Of a stretch of 64,000 nucleotides of DNA, positions 1 to 9,508 are shown one piece after another (the first letter of the stretch is position 1; each line of letters starts with the position of its first letter). The notes under the pieces are model-generated. The model did no database searches, was not told the DNA's origin, and saw nothing but the letters and a program-made list of their open reading frames with translations. Origin of the DNA: Escherichia coli (GTDB lineage Bacteria > Pseudomonadota > Gammaproteobacteria > Enterobacterales > Enterobacteriaceae); NCBI RefSeq assembly GCF_041248615.1, contig NZ_CP158426.1; one strand, written 5' to 3'. The translations under genes and the position numbers were made by a program.

Positions 1-235
1 ACACAATAAACGGTTTATGGGCGAACTGGCTGATGTTTTGCGCCAGCAACACGCCATCCAGCGACGGAATATTGATATCCAGAAAAATGGCGTCGACGCG
101 GTTATGCTGCAAAAACTTCAACACGTCCAGACCGTCGTCAAAGGTGCCGACAATCTCCATCTGGCTGTGCTCTTTAATTAGCCAGCTCAGTTCCTGTTGT
201 GCCAGGAATTCGTCTTCAACAATGATGACTTTCAC
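1..235 (-). CDS. ypdB: LytTR-family two-component response regulator, N-terminal receiver domain only (3' end runs off the window)
   Basis: Minus-strand frame from GTG at 233-235 reads VKVIIVEDEFLAQQELSWLIKEHSQMEIVGTFDDGLDVLKFLQHNRVDAIFLDINIPSLDG; GGAG Shine-Dalgarno upstream; starts 14 bp after the ypdA stop. Too short for the six-frame track in this frame. Confidence 0.85.
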   Translation of the reverse strand, partial: MKVIIVEDEFLAQQELSWLIKEHSQMEIVGTFDDGLDVLKFLQHNRVDAIFLDINIPSLDGVLLAQNISQFAHKPFIV

Positions 236-249
236 AATATCACTCCGGC

Positions 250-1947
250 TCAAAGCAATAACGTAGCCTGTGAGGCGACTGGGGTGCGTTGGTTAGGAAT
301 GTAAAACGCAATTTCCGTCCCCGGTTCCAGGCGGCGGATATGCAGCCCCTCGCCATACAATAACTTCACGCGATGATGGACATTCAGCAGGCCAATTTTA
401 TTGCCCGGCATTTCGTTCGCTTCGACCCGCTCAATCACCTTTGGATCGATGCCGTGCCCGGTATCTCGCACCGCAATACGTACCCGATTACCGCACTCTG
501 CAACGCTGATGGTGACAACGCCTTTACCTTTGCAAGGCTGGATACCGTGGACAATGGCGTTTTCCACCAACGGCTGGATCAGCAGGCTGGGAATGCAGCA
601 ATTCACCTCTTCATCAATATCATAGATAACCGTCAGCTTGTCGCCAAAGCGGGCCTGCTCAATGGCAATATAGTCTTTAATTTGATACAGCTCTTTTTTG
701 ATATCGATTTGCTCATCGTCTTTTAATTCAATGTTATAGCGCAGATAACGCGACAGATTAAAGATCAGCTGGCGAGCGGTATCCGGATTCAGACGGATTG
801 ACGATGAAATAGCGTTCAAAGCGTTAAACAGGAAATGGGGATTAATTTTGCTTTGCAGGGCGCGAAGCTCTGCCTTATTTGCCATTTCACGTAGCTGCTC
901 GGCGCGTGAAACCTCCAGTTGCGTGGAGATGATTTGCGACAGACCGACCGCCATTTCCTGTAATGATGACGTAATCTGATGCGCGTGGCAGTAGTAAATT
1001 TTCAGTGTTCCGGTCACAACGCCTTTCTCCCACAATGGGATCACCAGCATGGAATGAATCTCTGGTGTGCGGTGGGCTTCATCATTGTTTTTAATGATGA
1101 TTTTTCCGTAATTCATCGCCTGTCGGGTAGTCGGGCTAATGAAGTCATCGCCATTCTGATAGTTGTGTTCACCCACGCCAACATAGGCCAGCACATGATC
1201 GGTATTGGTAATCGCCACCGCATCGGCATGAATATCATCGCGGATAATTTCACAAACTTTGCGTAATGACTCGCTATTGACATGGCGAAACAGCGGCAGC
1301 GTTTTGTTGGCGATATCCAGCGCCAGCTTGGCCTGCCGCGCGGCGCTGGCCTCTTTTTCGCCCTCAACGCTTTGCACCAGCAGCACAATAAAGCCGATAC
1401 AGACGCTACCGAGGATCATTGGAATCCCGATTTTAGAGACGATATCGATCCCCAATGCGGTAGTTGGTGCCCAGACAATCACCAGAATCATGGTCAACGT
1501 TTCACACAACATGCCGCCGAGAATACCGACGCGCCAGCGCTGTGCTTTGGGGATTTTCAGGTTGATCCAGCCCGATATACAACCCGCCAGAATGCTGGTG
1601 ATAAAGCAGGGGATTGCCGTCACGCCGCCGATATCAATTAAATAACGGTGAATACCTGCGATCACGCCGGTAATAATGCCTACCCACGGGCCAAACAGAA
1701 TCCCGCCTGACATCACCGCGATAATACGAACGTTCACCAGCGAGCCTTCTACGGGAACGCCGGACCAGGTGCTGAACAGGGCGAACAGCGAGAAAATGGC
1801 GGTAACAGCGAGCAGCTCTTTTGGGGAGTGCGCCGACTTGTGCAACAGTTCGCGAAACAGGCGGATACGGATGAGAAAGAACAGGCAGATAAGCATTAAC
1901 GCTGCCCGATCGAAGACCGCCAGCAGCATGTTGAATATTTCGTGCAC
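250..1947 (-). CDS. ypdA: LytS-family sensor histidine kinase (565 aa)
   Basis: 565-aa ORF with multi-pass membrane N-terminus, GAF-like middle and His-kinase C-terminus; immediately upstream of ypdB. Confidence 0.93.
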
Positions 1948-2323
1948 GGGTGACTCTGAATAAGGATTAAACCTCTATGATAGGTAACCTGAAGGCTGAT
2001 GACCAGCAGGCCGTTTTTGAGGAAAAACCACAATTTTAAAAGGGGATTGAAAGATAAATGGTGTATTAGCAATGCATCTCTTGATAATGCACATCTGCTT
2101 GGTAAATTTATTGAAATTATAATGTTAATAAAATGAGTGGTAATTTTCTTGTTAGCGCAGATAAATTTCCTGTTTTTGAAGTGGAGTTCCTCATTTAAAG
2201 CGATTGATAAAAATGTTCTAAAACGCTGGACAGACAGAAATTAATCAGGCTATTTTCAAAACAGCCACCATCGTGGCAGCGTCGCTCGGACGGTCCGGGC
2301 GCTAACGTTAATCTGAGGAAATT

Positions 2324-3562
2324 ATGGCTGACACTCGCCCTGAACGTCGCTTTACGCGCATTGATCGTCTCCCGCCCTACGTTTTTAATATTACCGCTGA
2401 ACTGAAAATGGCTGCGCGTCGGCGCGGCGAAGATATTATCGATTTCAGTATGGGTAACCCGGACGGTGCGACTCCGCCGCACATCGTCGAAAAATTATGT
2501 ACTGTGGCCCAGCGCCCGGACACGCATGGTTACTCCACGTCACGCGGCATTCCGCGGCTACGTCGCGCCATTTCCCGCTGGTATCAGGATCGCTACGACG
2601 TTGAAATCGACCCGGAATCAGAAGCCATCGTCACTATTGGTTCGAAAGAGGGACTGGCGCATCTGATGCTGGCGACGCTGGATCATGGTGACACGGTGCT
2701 GGTGCCTAATCCAAGCTACCCCATTCATATTTATGGCGCGGTGATTGCAGGGGCGCAGGTACGCTCAGTGCCGCTGGTGGAAGGTGTCGATTTCTTCAAC
2801 GAACTGGAACGCGCCATTCGCGAAAGTTATCCGAAACCGAAGATGATGATCCTCGGCTTCCCGTCGAACCCAACCGCGCAATGCGTGGAACTGGAATTCT
2901 TTGAGAAGGTTGTGGCGCTGGCAAAACGCTACGATGTGCTGGTGGTCCATGACCTGGCCTATGCCGATATCGTCTACGATGGCTGGAAAGCGCCGTCAAT
3001 CATGCAGGTGCCGGGCGCACGCGACGTGGCGGTCGAGTTCTTTACCCTGTCGAAAAGTTACAACATGGCGGGCTGGCGTATCGGCTTTATGGTTGGCAAC
3101 AAAACGCTGGTCAGCGCGTTGGCACGTATTAAAAGCTATCACGATTACGGCACCTTTACGCCGTTGCAGGTGGCAGCGATTGCGGCGCTGGAGGGCGATC
3201 AACAGTGCGTGCGCGACATTGCTGAACAGTACAAACGCCGCCGTGATGTACTGGTAAAAGGGCTGCATGAAGCGGGCTGGATGGTCGAAATGCCGAAGGC
3301 TTCGATGTATGTCTGGGCGAAAATCCCGGAACCGTATGCTGCCATGGGCTCGCTGGAATTTGCCAAGAAGCTGCTGAACGAAGCGAAGGTCTGTGTCTCT
3401 CCGGGGATTGGCTTTGGCGACTACGGCGACACGCATGTTCGCTTTGCACTGATTGAAAACCGCGACCGTATTCGTCAGGCGATTCGTGGAATTAAAGCGA
3501 TGTTCCGTGCCGACAGTTTACTACCCGCCAGCAGCAAACATATTCACGAAAACGCGGAATAA
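2324..3562 (+). CDS. alaC: glutamate-pyruvate aminotransferase AlaC (412 aa)
   Basis: 412-aa [24 protein letters not shown] with class I aminotransferase fold; GAGG Shine-Dalgarno upstream of the ATG. Confidence 0.95.
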   Translation: MADTRPERRFTRIDRLPPYVFNITAELKMAARRRGEDIIDFSMGNPDGATPPHIVEKLCTVAQRPDTHGYSTSRGIPRLRRAISRWYQDRYDVEIDPESEAIVTIGSKEGLAHLMLATLDHGDTVLVPNPSYPIHIYGAVIAGAQVRSVPLVEGVDFFNELERAIRESYPKPKMMILGFPSNPTAQCVELEFFEKVVALAKRYDVLVVHDLAYADIVYDGWKAPSIMQVPGARDVAVEFFTLSKSYNMAGWRIGFMVGNKTLVSALARIKSYHDYGTFTPLQVAAIAALEGDQQCVRDIAEQYKRRRDVLVKGLHEAGWMVEMPKASMYVWAKIPEPYAAMGSLEFAKKLLNEAKVCVSPGIGFGDYGDTHVRFALIENRDRIRQAIRGIKAMFRADSLLPASSKHIHENAE

Positions 3563-3581
3563 ACACCATCGCCAGAAATGC

Positions 3582-3610
3582 AAACAGGAGCCAGATGGCT
3601 CCTGTTTTTC
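3582..3610. terminator. intrinsic terminator after alaC, plausibly bidirectional (also downstream of ypdK)
   Basis: Stem caggagcc/ggctcctg with 4-nt loop followed by TTTTT, 20 bp after the alaC stop. Confidence 0.75.
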
Positions 3611-3626
3611 ATTGCACAGTTTGCTT

Positions 3627-3698
3627 TTAGATCATCAGGGCAAAAGTACCGGCCCAAACGATGACCATAAAAGAAATGCCCATAAAGAAATATTTCAC
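3627..3698 (-). CDS. ypdK: 23-aa hydrophobic small membrane protein
   Basis: Minus-strand GTG at 3696-3698 with GGAGAG 8 nt upstream; translation (M)KYFFMGISFMVIVWAGTFALMI then TAA; matches the K-12 small protein YpdK as I recall it. Confidence 0.7.
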   Translation of the reverse strand: MKYFFMGISFMVIVWAGTFALMI

Positions 3699-4052
3699 TT
3701 TACATCTCTCCGCGTAATTACTGTTACGCCTGAATGACTTCATTACACCTGATACAGTGAGTTGACACCGGGCAAAACGACCTTAAAAGTCCTGTATTTT
3801 ACCGTGGGCATCACCCCAGAATTCTGAGCTAAACTGCTCCAGACGGCGCTAATGTACGCCTAAAACTGAAACGAGACAAGAGGCATTTTCTTATTTACTT
3901 TTAGTAACTTACAGGTGTCTCATATCGGCGACAGTTTAATTTCTGACGGTAATAATTAGAGATTCAGCGAAGGAAAAAACTTAAGAAAAAAGCCATAAAA
4001 ACCATGAGGTTATTATGGCTGATTTGAGGAGGGAAAGAGTAAGAGCAGTTTG

Positions 4053-4973
4053 TTAAATGTATAGCGACGATTCTCCCACCGGGCGCGTTTTAAAGCGACG
4101 GTGGATCCAGAGGTACTGCTCCGGTGCGCGCATGATCTCTTTTTCGATAATCTTGTTCATATAGGCAGCGGCTTGATTTTCATCTGCCGGGTAGCCTTCC
4201 ATCTCTGGGGTGATGTACAAACGATATCCGCTGTAATCCGCTTTTCTTACCATCGTTACGGTTAACATGGCTGCGCCAGAGAGACGTGAAAGGACATACG
4301 TACCATTGGTTGTGGCGACATTTTCCACCGCAAAGAACGGCGCGAAGGAGCTGCCTTTACGACCATAATCCTGATCGGGAGCAAACCATACCGCTTCACC
4401 TTTCTTCAGTGCACCGACAATGCCGCGCAGATTATTTCTGCCGATCATCGCTTTGTTAGAGCGCATGCGCCCACGGGTCTGCACCCATTCCATCAGCTGA
4501 TTATTATGTGGACGATAGGTAGCCATCATTGGTTGGCACAGTCCCATCACGCGGCCGCCCAGTTCCAGCGACATAAAATGGACGCCGACAACCATTACGC
4601 CGCGATTTTGCATTTGTGCGCGTTTAAGGTTATCCAACCCTTCAACATCAAACCATTTACGTACGCGACTGTCGGGCCAGAACCACGCCATGCCGGTTTC
4701 TACCAGCGCCATGCCGAGTGAACGAAAGTTTTCGGCAATCATCTTCTCGCGTTCTTCCGCAGAATGCTGTGGGAAACAAAGTTCCAGGTTTTTACGGGCG
4801 ATAGATTCACGCCGTTTCAGGAATGGTCGCGCCATTGCGCCAATACGCGTGCCGAGAAAGCAGAGAACAGGATAAGGAAGCTGTACCCAAAGCCAGAGTA
4901 CACCAAGCCCAAACCACGTGAGCCAGTAGCGAGGATGCAGAAACTCGCGGGAAAATTTGCATTTTGGAAACAT
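4053..4973 (-). CDS. lpxP: lipid A palmitoleoyl-ACP acyltransferase (cold-induced), 306 aa
   Basis: ORF 4053-5039; product begins MFPKCKFSREFLHPRYWLTWFGLG at the internal ATG (4971-4973), matching the LpxP/LpxL family; the longer upstream start is rejected. Confidence 0.9.
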   Translation of the reverse strand: MFPKCKFSREFLHPRYWLTWFGLGVLWLWVQLPYPVLCFLGTRIGAMARPFLKRRESIARKNLELCFPQHSAEEREKMIAENFRSLGMALVETGMAWFWPDSRVRKWFDVEGLDNLKRAQMQNRGVMVVGVHFMSLELGGRVMGLCQPMMATYRPHNNQLMEWVQTRGRMRSNKAMIGRNNLRGIVGALKKGEAVWFAPDQDYGRKGSSFAPFFAVENVATTNGTYVLSRLSGAAMLTVTMVRKADYSGYRLYITPEMEGYPADENQAAAYMNKIIEKEIMRAPEQYLWIHRRFKTRPVGESSLYI

Positions 4974-5325
4974 AGTTACCTTCTGTAGATACGAATTGTT
5001 GTATCGCAGAAGATTCCATGTCGACAGCGGTACACTCAATTGATTAGGCCATCATGTACGACAATGGTTCCTGTAAAGAGTGTAAAGACTAGTCAGGACA
5101 TAACCACGAGGAGCATGAATGCGGTATCTGTACTTTATCACTCGCTGACTGCTTTCAGCTACTGATTATTAATCGTGCAAAGTAAATATTTTTCCGTACG
5201 CAACAGTCTTGCATTTAACATGCTGTTTTCATTGATGCTTAGCAAAAATTGCCAGAGGTTAAGGATTGTCTTACTATTAAAGTGACTGAAGTTACAGGTT
5301 TTTTAGCGCGGCAGGAGGTTGAGCT

Positions 5326-5568
5326 ATGATTTATTTATGGATGTTTCTCGCCCTGTGTATTGTCTGCGTAAGCGGATACATCGGTCAGGTACTGAACGTG
5401 GTATCGGCGGTCTCTTCTTTCTTCGGCATGGTGATCCTCGCTGCACTCATTTATTACTTCACCATGTGGTTAACTGGCGGTAATGAACTGGTGACGGGGA
5501 TATTTATGTTTCTTGCCCCGGCTTGTGGCTTGATGATTCGCTTTATGGTGGGATATGGCAGGCGGTAG
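5326..5568 (+). CDS. yfdY: 80-aa small membrane protein YfdY
   Basis: 80-aa ORF with two predicted TM helices; GGAGG Shine-Dalgarno (5310-5314) upstream; position between lpxP and ypdI as in K-12. Confidence 0.8.
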   Translation: MIYLWMFLALCIVCVSGYIGQVLNVVSAVSSFFGMVILAALIYYFTMWLTGGNELVTGIFMFLAPACGLMIRFMVGYGRR

Positions 5569-5644
5569 TGGGTCAGGATGGCTCATTTGGGCAGGTGTTC
5601 ACATCAGCATCAGACATGATTGTTCACCTGCCGTGTGACAGACG

Positions 5645-5877
5645 CTATCGCACAGGATGGATAAGATAATTCGCCTTTGTCGGAAAAGGGGGCGGAATTT
5701 CTTCTGTGAGGTTTAATGGTGGCGCATCTTCTCTCATTTTTAACAAAATCGCCTGTGATGGCTGAAATTTTGTAGAGTGAGTTGTCGTCATCGCTGACGT
5801 TTTTTCCGTCTCTTTATAGCTCGTCTCACTTCCACCACCAGAAATGGAAAATGCAAAAACATTGCATGCCATAATAG
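5645..5877 (-). pseudogene. ypdI: ypdI lipoprotein gene remnant, 5' end and promoter removed at the IS1 boundary
   Basis: Minus-strand ORF encodes ...MACNVFAFSISGGGSE... with the candidate lipobox Cys at residue 3 of the remaining frame, so a signal peptide is missing; frame runs directly into the IS1 left end at 5878. Confidence 0.6.
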
Positions 5878-5932
5878 GGTGATGCTGCCAACTTACTGAT
5901 TTAGTGTATGATGGTGTTTTTGAGGTGCTCCA

Positions 5933-6208
5933 GTGGCTTCTGTTTCTATCAGCTGTCCCTCCTGTTCAGCTACTGACGGGGTGGTGCGTAACGGCAAAAG
6001 CACCGCCGGACATCAGCGCTATCTCTGCTCTCACTGCCGTAAAACATGGCAACTGCAGTTCACTTACACCGCTTCTCAACCCGGTACGCACCAGAAAATC
6101 ATTGATATGGCCATGAATGGCGTTGGATGCCGGGCAACCGCCCGCATTATGGGCGTTGGCCTCAACACGATTTTCCGCCATTTAAAAAACTCAGGCCGCA
6201 GTCGGTAA
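5933..6208 (+). CDS. insA: IS1 InsA (91 aa, transposition repressor / N-terminal part of the transposase)
   Basis: [43 protein letters not shown] with zinc-finger cysteines. Confidence 0.97.
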   Translation: MASVSISCPSCSATDGVVRNGKSTAGHQRYLCSHCRKTWQLQFTYTASQPGTHQKIIDMAMNGVGCRATARIMGVGLNTIFRHLKNSGRSR

Positions 6209-6630
6209 CCTCGCGCATACAGCCGGGCAGTGACGTCATCGTCTGCGCGGAAATGGACGAACAGTGGGGATACGTCGGGGCTAAATCGCGCCAGCGCTGG
6301 CTGTTTTACGCGTATGACAGGCTCCGGAAGACGGTTGTTGCGCACGTATTCGGTGAACGCACTATGGCGACGCTGGGGCGTCTTATGAGCCTGCTGTCAC
6401 CCTTTGACGTGGTGATATGGATGACGGATGGCTGGCCGCTGTATGAATCCCGCCTGAAGGGAAAGCTGCACGTAATCAGCAAGCGATATACGCAGCGAAT
6501 TGAGCGGCATAACCTGAATCTGAGGCAGCACCTGGCACGGCTGGGACGGAAGTCGCTGTCGTTCTCAAAATCGGTGGAGCTGCATGACAAAGTCATCGGG
6601 CATTATCTGAACATAAAACACTATCAATAA
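6127..6630 (+). CDS. insB: IS1 InsB frame (transposase C-terminal part; InsAB' is made by -1 frameshift)
   Basis: 167-aa ORF in the -1 frame overlapping the insA 3' end; slippery AAAAAAC at 6184-6190. Confidence 0.95.
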   Translation: MPGNRPHYGRWPQHDFPPFKKLRPQSVTSRIQPGSDVIVCAEMDEQWGYVGAKSRQRWLFYAYDRLRKTVVAHVFGERTMATLGRLMSLLSPFDVVIWMTDGWPLYESRLKGKLHVISKRYTQRIERHNLNLRQHLARLGRKSLSFSKSVELHDKVIGHYLNIKHYQ

Positions 6631-6645
6631 GTTGGAGTCATTACC

Positions 6646-7222
6646 TAATGCATTAAGTGCTGTGCGCGATGTATTGCGCGAGAACCAGGATATTTATTTA
6701 GTTAATGAAGGTGCAAATACCCTGGATAATGCACGAAATATTATTGATATGTATAAACCACGTCGCCGTCTGGATTGTGGTACCTGGGGTGTCATGGGCA
6801 TCGGTATGGGCTATGCCATCGGTGCTAGCGTGACCTCTGGTTCTCCGGTTGTCGCCATTGAAGGTGATAGTGCTTTTGGTTTCAGTGGGATGGAGATTGA
6901 AACGATTTGTCGATATAACCTGCCGGTGACGATCGTTATTTTTAATAATGGCGGCATTTACAGAGGAGACGGTGTTGATCTCAGTGGCGCTGGTGCACCA
7001 TCACCAACGGATCTGCTGCACCATGCAAGGTATGACAAATTAATGGATGCGTTTCGTGGCGTTGGCTATAACGTCACTACGACAGATGAACTTCGTCATG
7101 CTTTAACCACCGGTATTCAGTCGCGCAAACCGACCATTATTAATGTGGTCATCGACCCTGCAGCAGGAACTGAAAGTGGCCATATTACCAAACTTAACCC
7201 AAAACAAGTCGCTGGTAATTAA
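6646..7222 (+). pseudogene. oxc: oxalyl-CoA decarboxylase, 3' fragment only (C-terminal ~190 of ~564 aa)
   Basis: Frame right after the IS1 right end encodes [58 protein letters not shown]...GDSAFGFSG, a thiamine-diphosphate-binding C-terminal domain; no N-terminal or middle domain present. Confidence 0.85.
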
Positions 7223-7290
7223 ATACTGACATCGTCTCCTCTTGCCAACTCATTATCGATGGTGAGGGGACCCTTATCGGAAATACTATT

Positions 7291-8235
7291 ATGCTAACAT
7301 TTTTTATTGGCGATTTATTGCCTATTATCGTAATCATGCTGTTGGGTTATTTTAGCGGCAGACGAGAAACTTTTTCAGAAGATCAAGCCCGGGCATTTAA
7401 TAAACTGGTATTAAACTACGCTCTTCCTGCGGCCCTATTTGTTTCTATTACCCGGGCAAACAGGGAAATGATTTTTGCGGACACTCGCCTGACCCTTGTA
7501 TCACTTGTGGTTATTGTCGGATGTTTCTTTTTCTCCTGGTTTGGTTGCTACAAATTTTTTAAACGTACTCATGCAGAAGCAGCAGTATGTGCATTAATTG
7601 CAGGTTCACCTACCATCGGATTCCTGGGATTTGCAGTTCTCGATCCTATTTATGGTGATTCCGTATCAACAGGTTTAGTTGTAGCAATTATTTCTATTAT
7701 TGTTAACGCAATTACTATTCCTATTGGTCTGTATTTGCTGAATCCTTCCTCAGGAGCAGATGGTAAGAAGAATAGTAATCTGAGCGCATTAATTTCTGCG
7801 GCAAAGGAGCCAGTAGTATGGGCACCTGTTCTGGCAACGATCCTGGTGTTGGTTGGGGTAAAAATTCCGGCAGCATGGGACCCAACCTTTAATCTGATTG
7901 CGAAGGCTAACTCAGGGGTAGCGGTATTCGCTGCGGGGTTGACTCTGGCTGCACATAAATTCGAGTTCAGTGCTGAAATTGCTTATAACACCTTCCTGAA
8001 GCTGATTCTGATGCCACTGGCGCTGCTTCTCGTGGGTATGGCATGTCATTTGAACAGCGAACATTTGCAGATGATGGTACTGGCAGGCGCCTTACCGCCG
8101 GCATTCTCCGGAATCATTATTGCCAGCCGGTTTAATGTCTACACCCGCACTGGTACAGCATCATTGGCTGTGAGCGTACTGGGCTTTGTCGTCACGGCTC
8201 CTTTGTGGATTTATGTCAGTCGACTGGTTTCATAA
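7291..8235 (+). CDS. yfdV: AEC-family membrane transporter YfdV (314 aa)
   Basis: 314-aa polytopic membrane ORF downstream of the oxc fragment. Confidence 0.9.
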
Positions 8236-8263
8236 TTAATCATGTTATTGATTTTACATAAAT

Positions 8264-8294
8264 GCCGAAGTGTCTTTTCACCTTCGGCTTTTTT
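8264..8294 (+). terminator. intrinsic terminator between yfdV and yfdE
   Basis: Stem gccgaag(tg)/(ca)ccttcggc followed by TTTTTT. Confidence 0.65.
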
Positions 8295-8308
8295 CAAGGC
8301 ATAAGCAA

Positions 8309-9454
8309 ATGACAAATAATGAATGCAAAGGGCCGTTTGAAGGCTTATTAGTTATCGATATGACACATGTCCTTAATGGACCTTTCGGAACTCAACTTCT
8401 TTGTAATATGGGCGCAAGGGTAATTAAAGTTGAGCCGCCGGGTCATGGTGATGATACCCGCACATTTGGTCCCTATGTGGATGGGCAGTCACTCTATTAC
8501 AGTTTTATTAATCATGGCAAAGAGAGTGTGGTTCTTGATTTAAAGAATGCTCACGATAAAAGTATATTTATAAATATGCTTAAACAAGCTGATGTATTAG
8601 CTGAGAATTTTCGCCCAGGTACAATGGAAAAACTGGGGTTTTCATGGGAAAGGTTACAAGAAATCAACCCGCGCCTCATCTATGCTTCATCGTCGGGTTT
8701 CGGGCATACCGGTCCGTTAAAAGATGCTCCTGCCTACGATACCATTATTCAGGCAATGAGCGGGATAATGATGGAAACAGGGTACCCTGATGCTCCTCCA
8801 GTGCGTGTTGGTACCTCTCTTGCGGATCTATGCGGCGGTGTCTATTTATTCAGCGGAATAGTGAGTGCACTTTATGGTCGCGAAAAGAGCCAGAGAGGGG
8901 CGCATGTCGATATAGCGATGTTTGATGCCACGCTGAGTTTTCTGGAGCATGGTCTGATGGCATATATTGCGACAGGGAAGTCACCACAACGCCTGGGAAA
9001 TCGCCATCCCTACATGGCACCTTTTGATGTTTTTGATACTCAGGATAAGCCGATTACGATTTGTTGTGGTAATGACAAGCTTTTTTCTGCGTTATGCCAG
9101 GCACTGGAGCTTACAGAACTGGTTGATGATCCCCGATTTATCAGCAATATTTTACGCGTACAAAACCAGGCTATTCTTAAACAATATATTGAGCGGACGT
9201 TAAAAACACAGGCAGCTGAAGTTTGGTTAGCCAGAATACATGAAGTTGGTGTACCCGTAGCGCCGTTATTAAGTGTGGCTGAGGCCATTAATTTGCCACA
9301 AACTCAGGCGAGAAATATGTTGATTGAAGCCGGGGGAATAATGATGCCGGGTAATCCGATAAAAATCAGCGGCTGCGCGGACCCGCATGTTATGCCGGGA
9401 GCGGCAACGCTCGACCAGCATGGGGAACAAATTCGCCAGGAATTCTCATCGTAA
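8309..9454 (+). CDS. yfdE: family III CoA-transferase (acetyl-CoA:oxalate CoA-transferase), 381 aa
   Basis: ORF 8270-9454; product begins MTNNECKGPFEGLLVIDMTHVLNGPFGTQLL at the internal ATG 8309, CaiB/BaiF-type fold. Confidence 0.88.
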   Translation: MTNNECKGPFEGLLVIDMTHVLNGPFGTQLLCNMGARVIKVEPPGHGDDTRTFGPYVDGQSLYYSFINHGKESVVLDLKNAHDKSIFINMLKQADVLAENFRPGTMEKLGFSWERLQEINPRLIYASSSGFGHTGPLKDAPAYDTIIQAMSGIMMETGYPDAPPVRVGTSLADLCGGVYLFSGIVSALYGREKSQRGAHVDIAMFDATLSFLEHGLMAYIATGKSPQRLGNRHPYMAPFDVFDTQDKPITICCGNDKLFSALCQALELTELVDDPRFISNILRVQNQAILKQYIERTLKTQAAEVWLARIHEVGVPVAPLLSVAEAINLPQTQARNMLIEAGGIMMPGNPIKISGCADPHVMPGAATLDQHGEQIRQEFSS

Positions 9455-9475
9455 ATTAAGATGTGCTGGTAAATA

Positions 9476-9502
9476 GCTCCCACATTTGAACATTGTGGGA
9501 GC
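9476..9502. terminator. stem-loop between convergent yfdE and evgS, likely bidirectional terminator
   Basis: gctcccaca / tgtgggagc inverted repeat with 9-nt loop, between the two stop codons. Confidence 0.5.
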
Positions 9503-9508
9503 CGCTAT

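Larger units (their letters stand above)
5878..6645 (+). mobile_element. IS1: IS1 insertion sequence, 768 bp, complete
   Basis: Left end GGTGATGCTGCCAACTTACTGAT (5878-5900), right end ATCAATAAGTTGGAGTCATTACC (6623-6645); contains insA and insB with the A6C frameshift motif at 6184-6190; flanking 9-mers CCATAATAG and TAATGCATT do not match. Confidence 0.97.

Noticed and set aside
33-266. 77-aa plus-strand ORF at the window start
   Set aside because: The opposite strand encodes a clear response-regulator receiver domain (ypdB) with a Shine-Dalgarno and correct operon spacing after ypdA.
4974-5039. Longer lpxP start (328 aa)
   Set aside because: The product aligns from MFPKCKF at the internal ATG; the upstream extension has no family support.
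4974-5325. Small ORFs (9-17 codons) in the lpxP / yfdY divergent region
   Set aside because: Shine-Dalgarno spacing is poor (1-5 nt) and the peptides have no distinctive features; unlike ypdK there is no supporting signal.
5869-6654. Possible 9-bp target-site duplication for IS1
   Set aside because: Flanking 9-mers CCATAATAG and TAATGCATT do not match; shifting the boundary by 1 bp does not help. I interpret this as a deletion junction.
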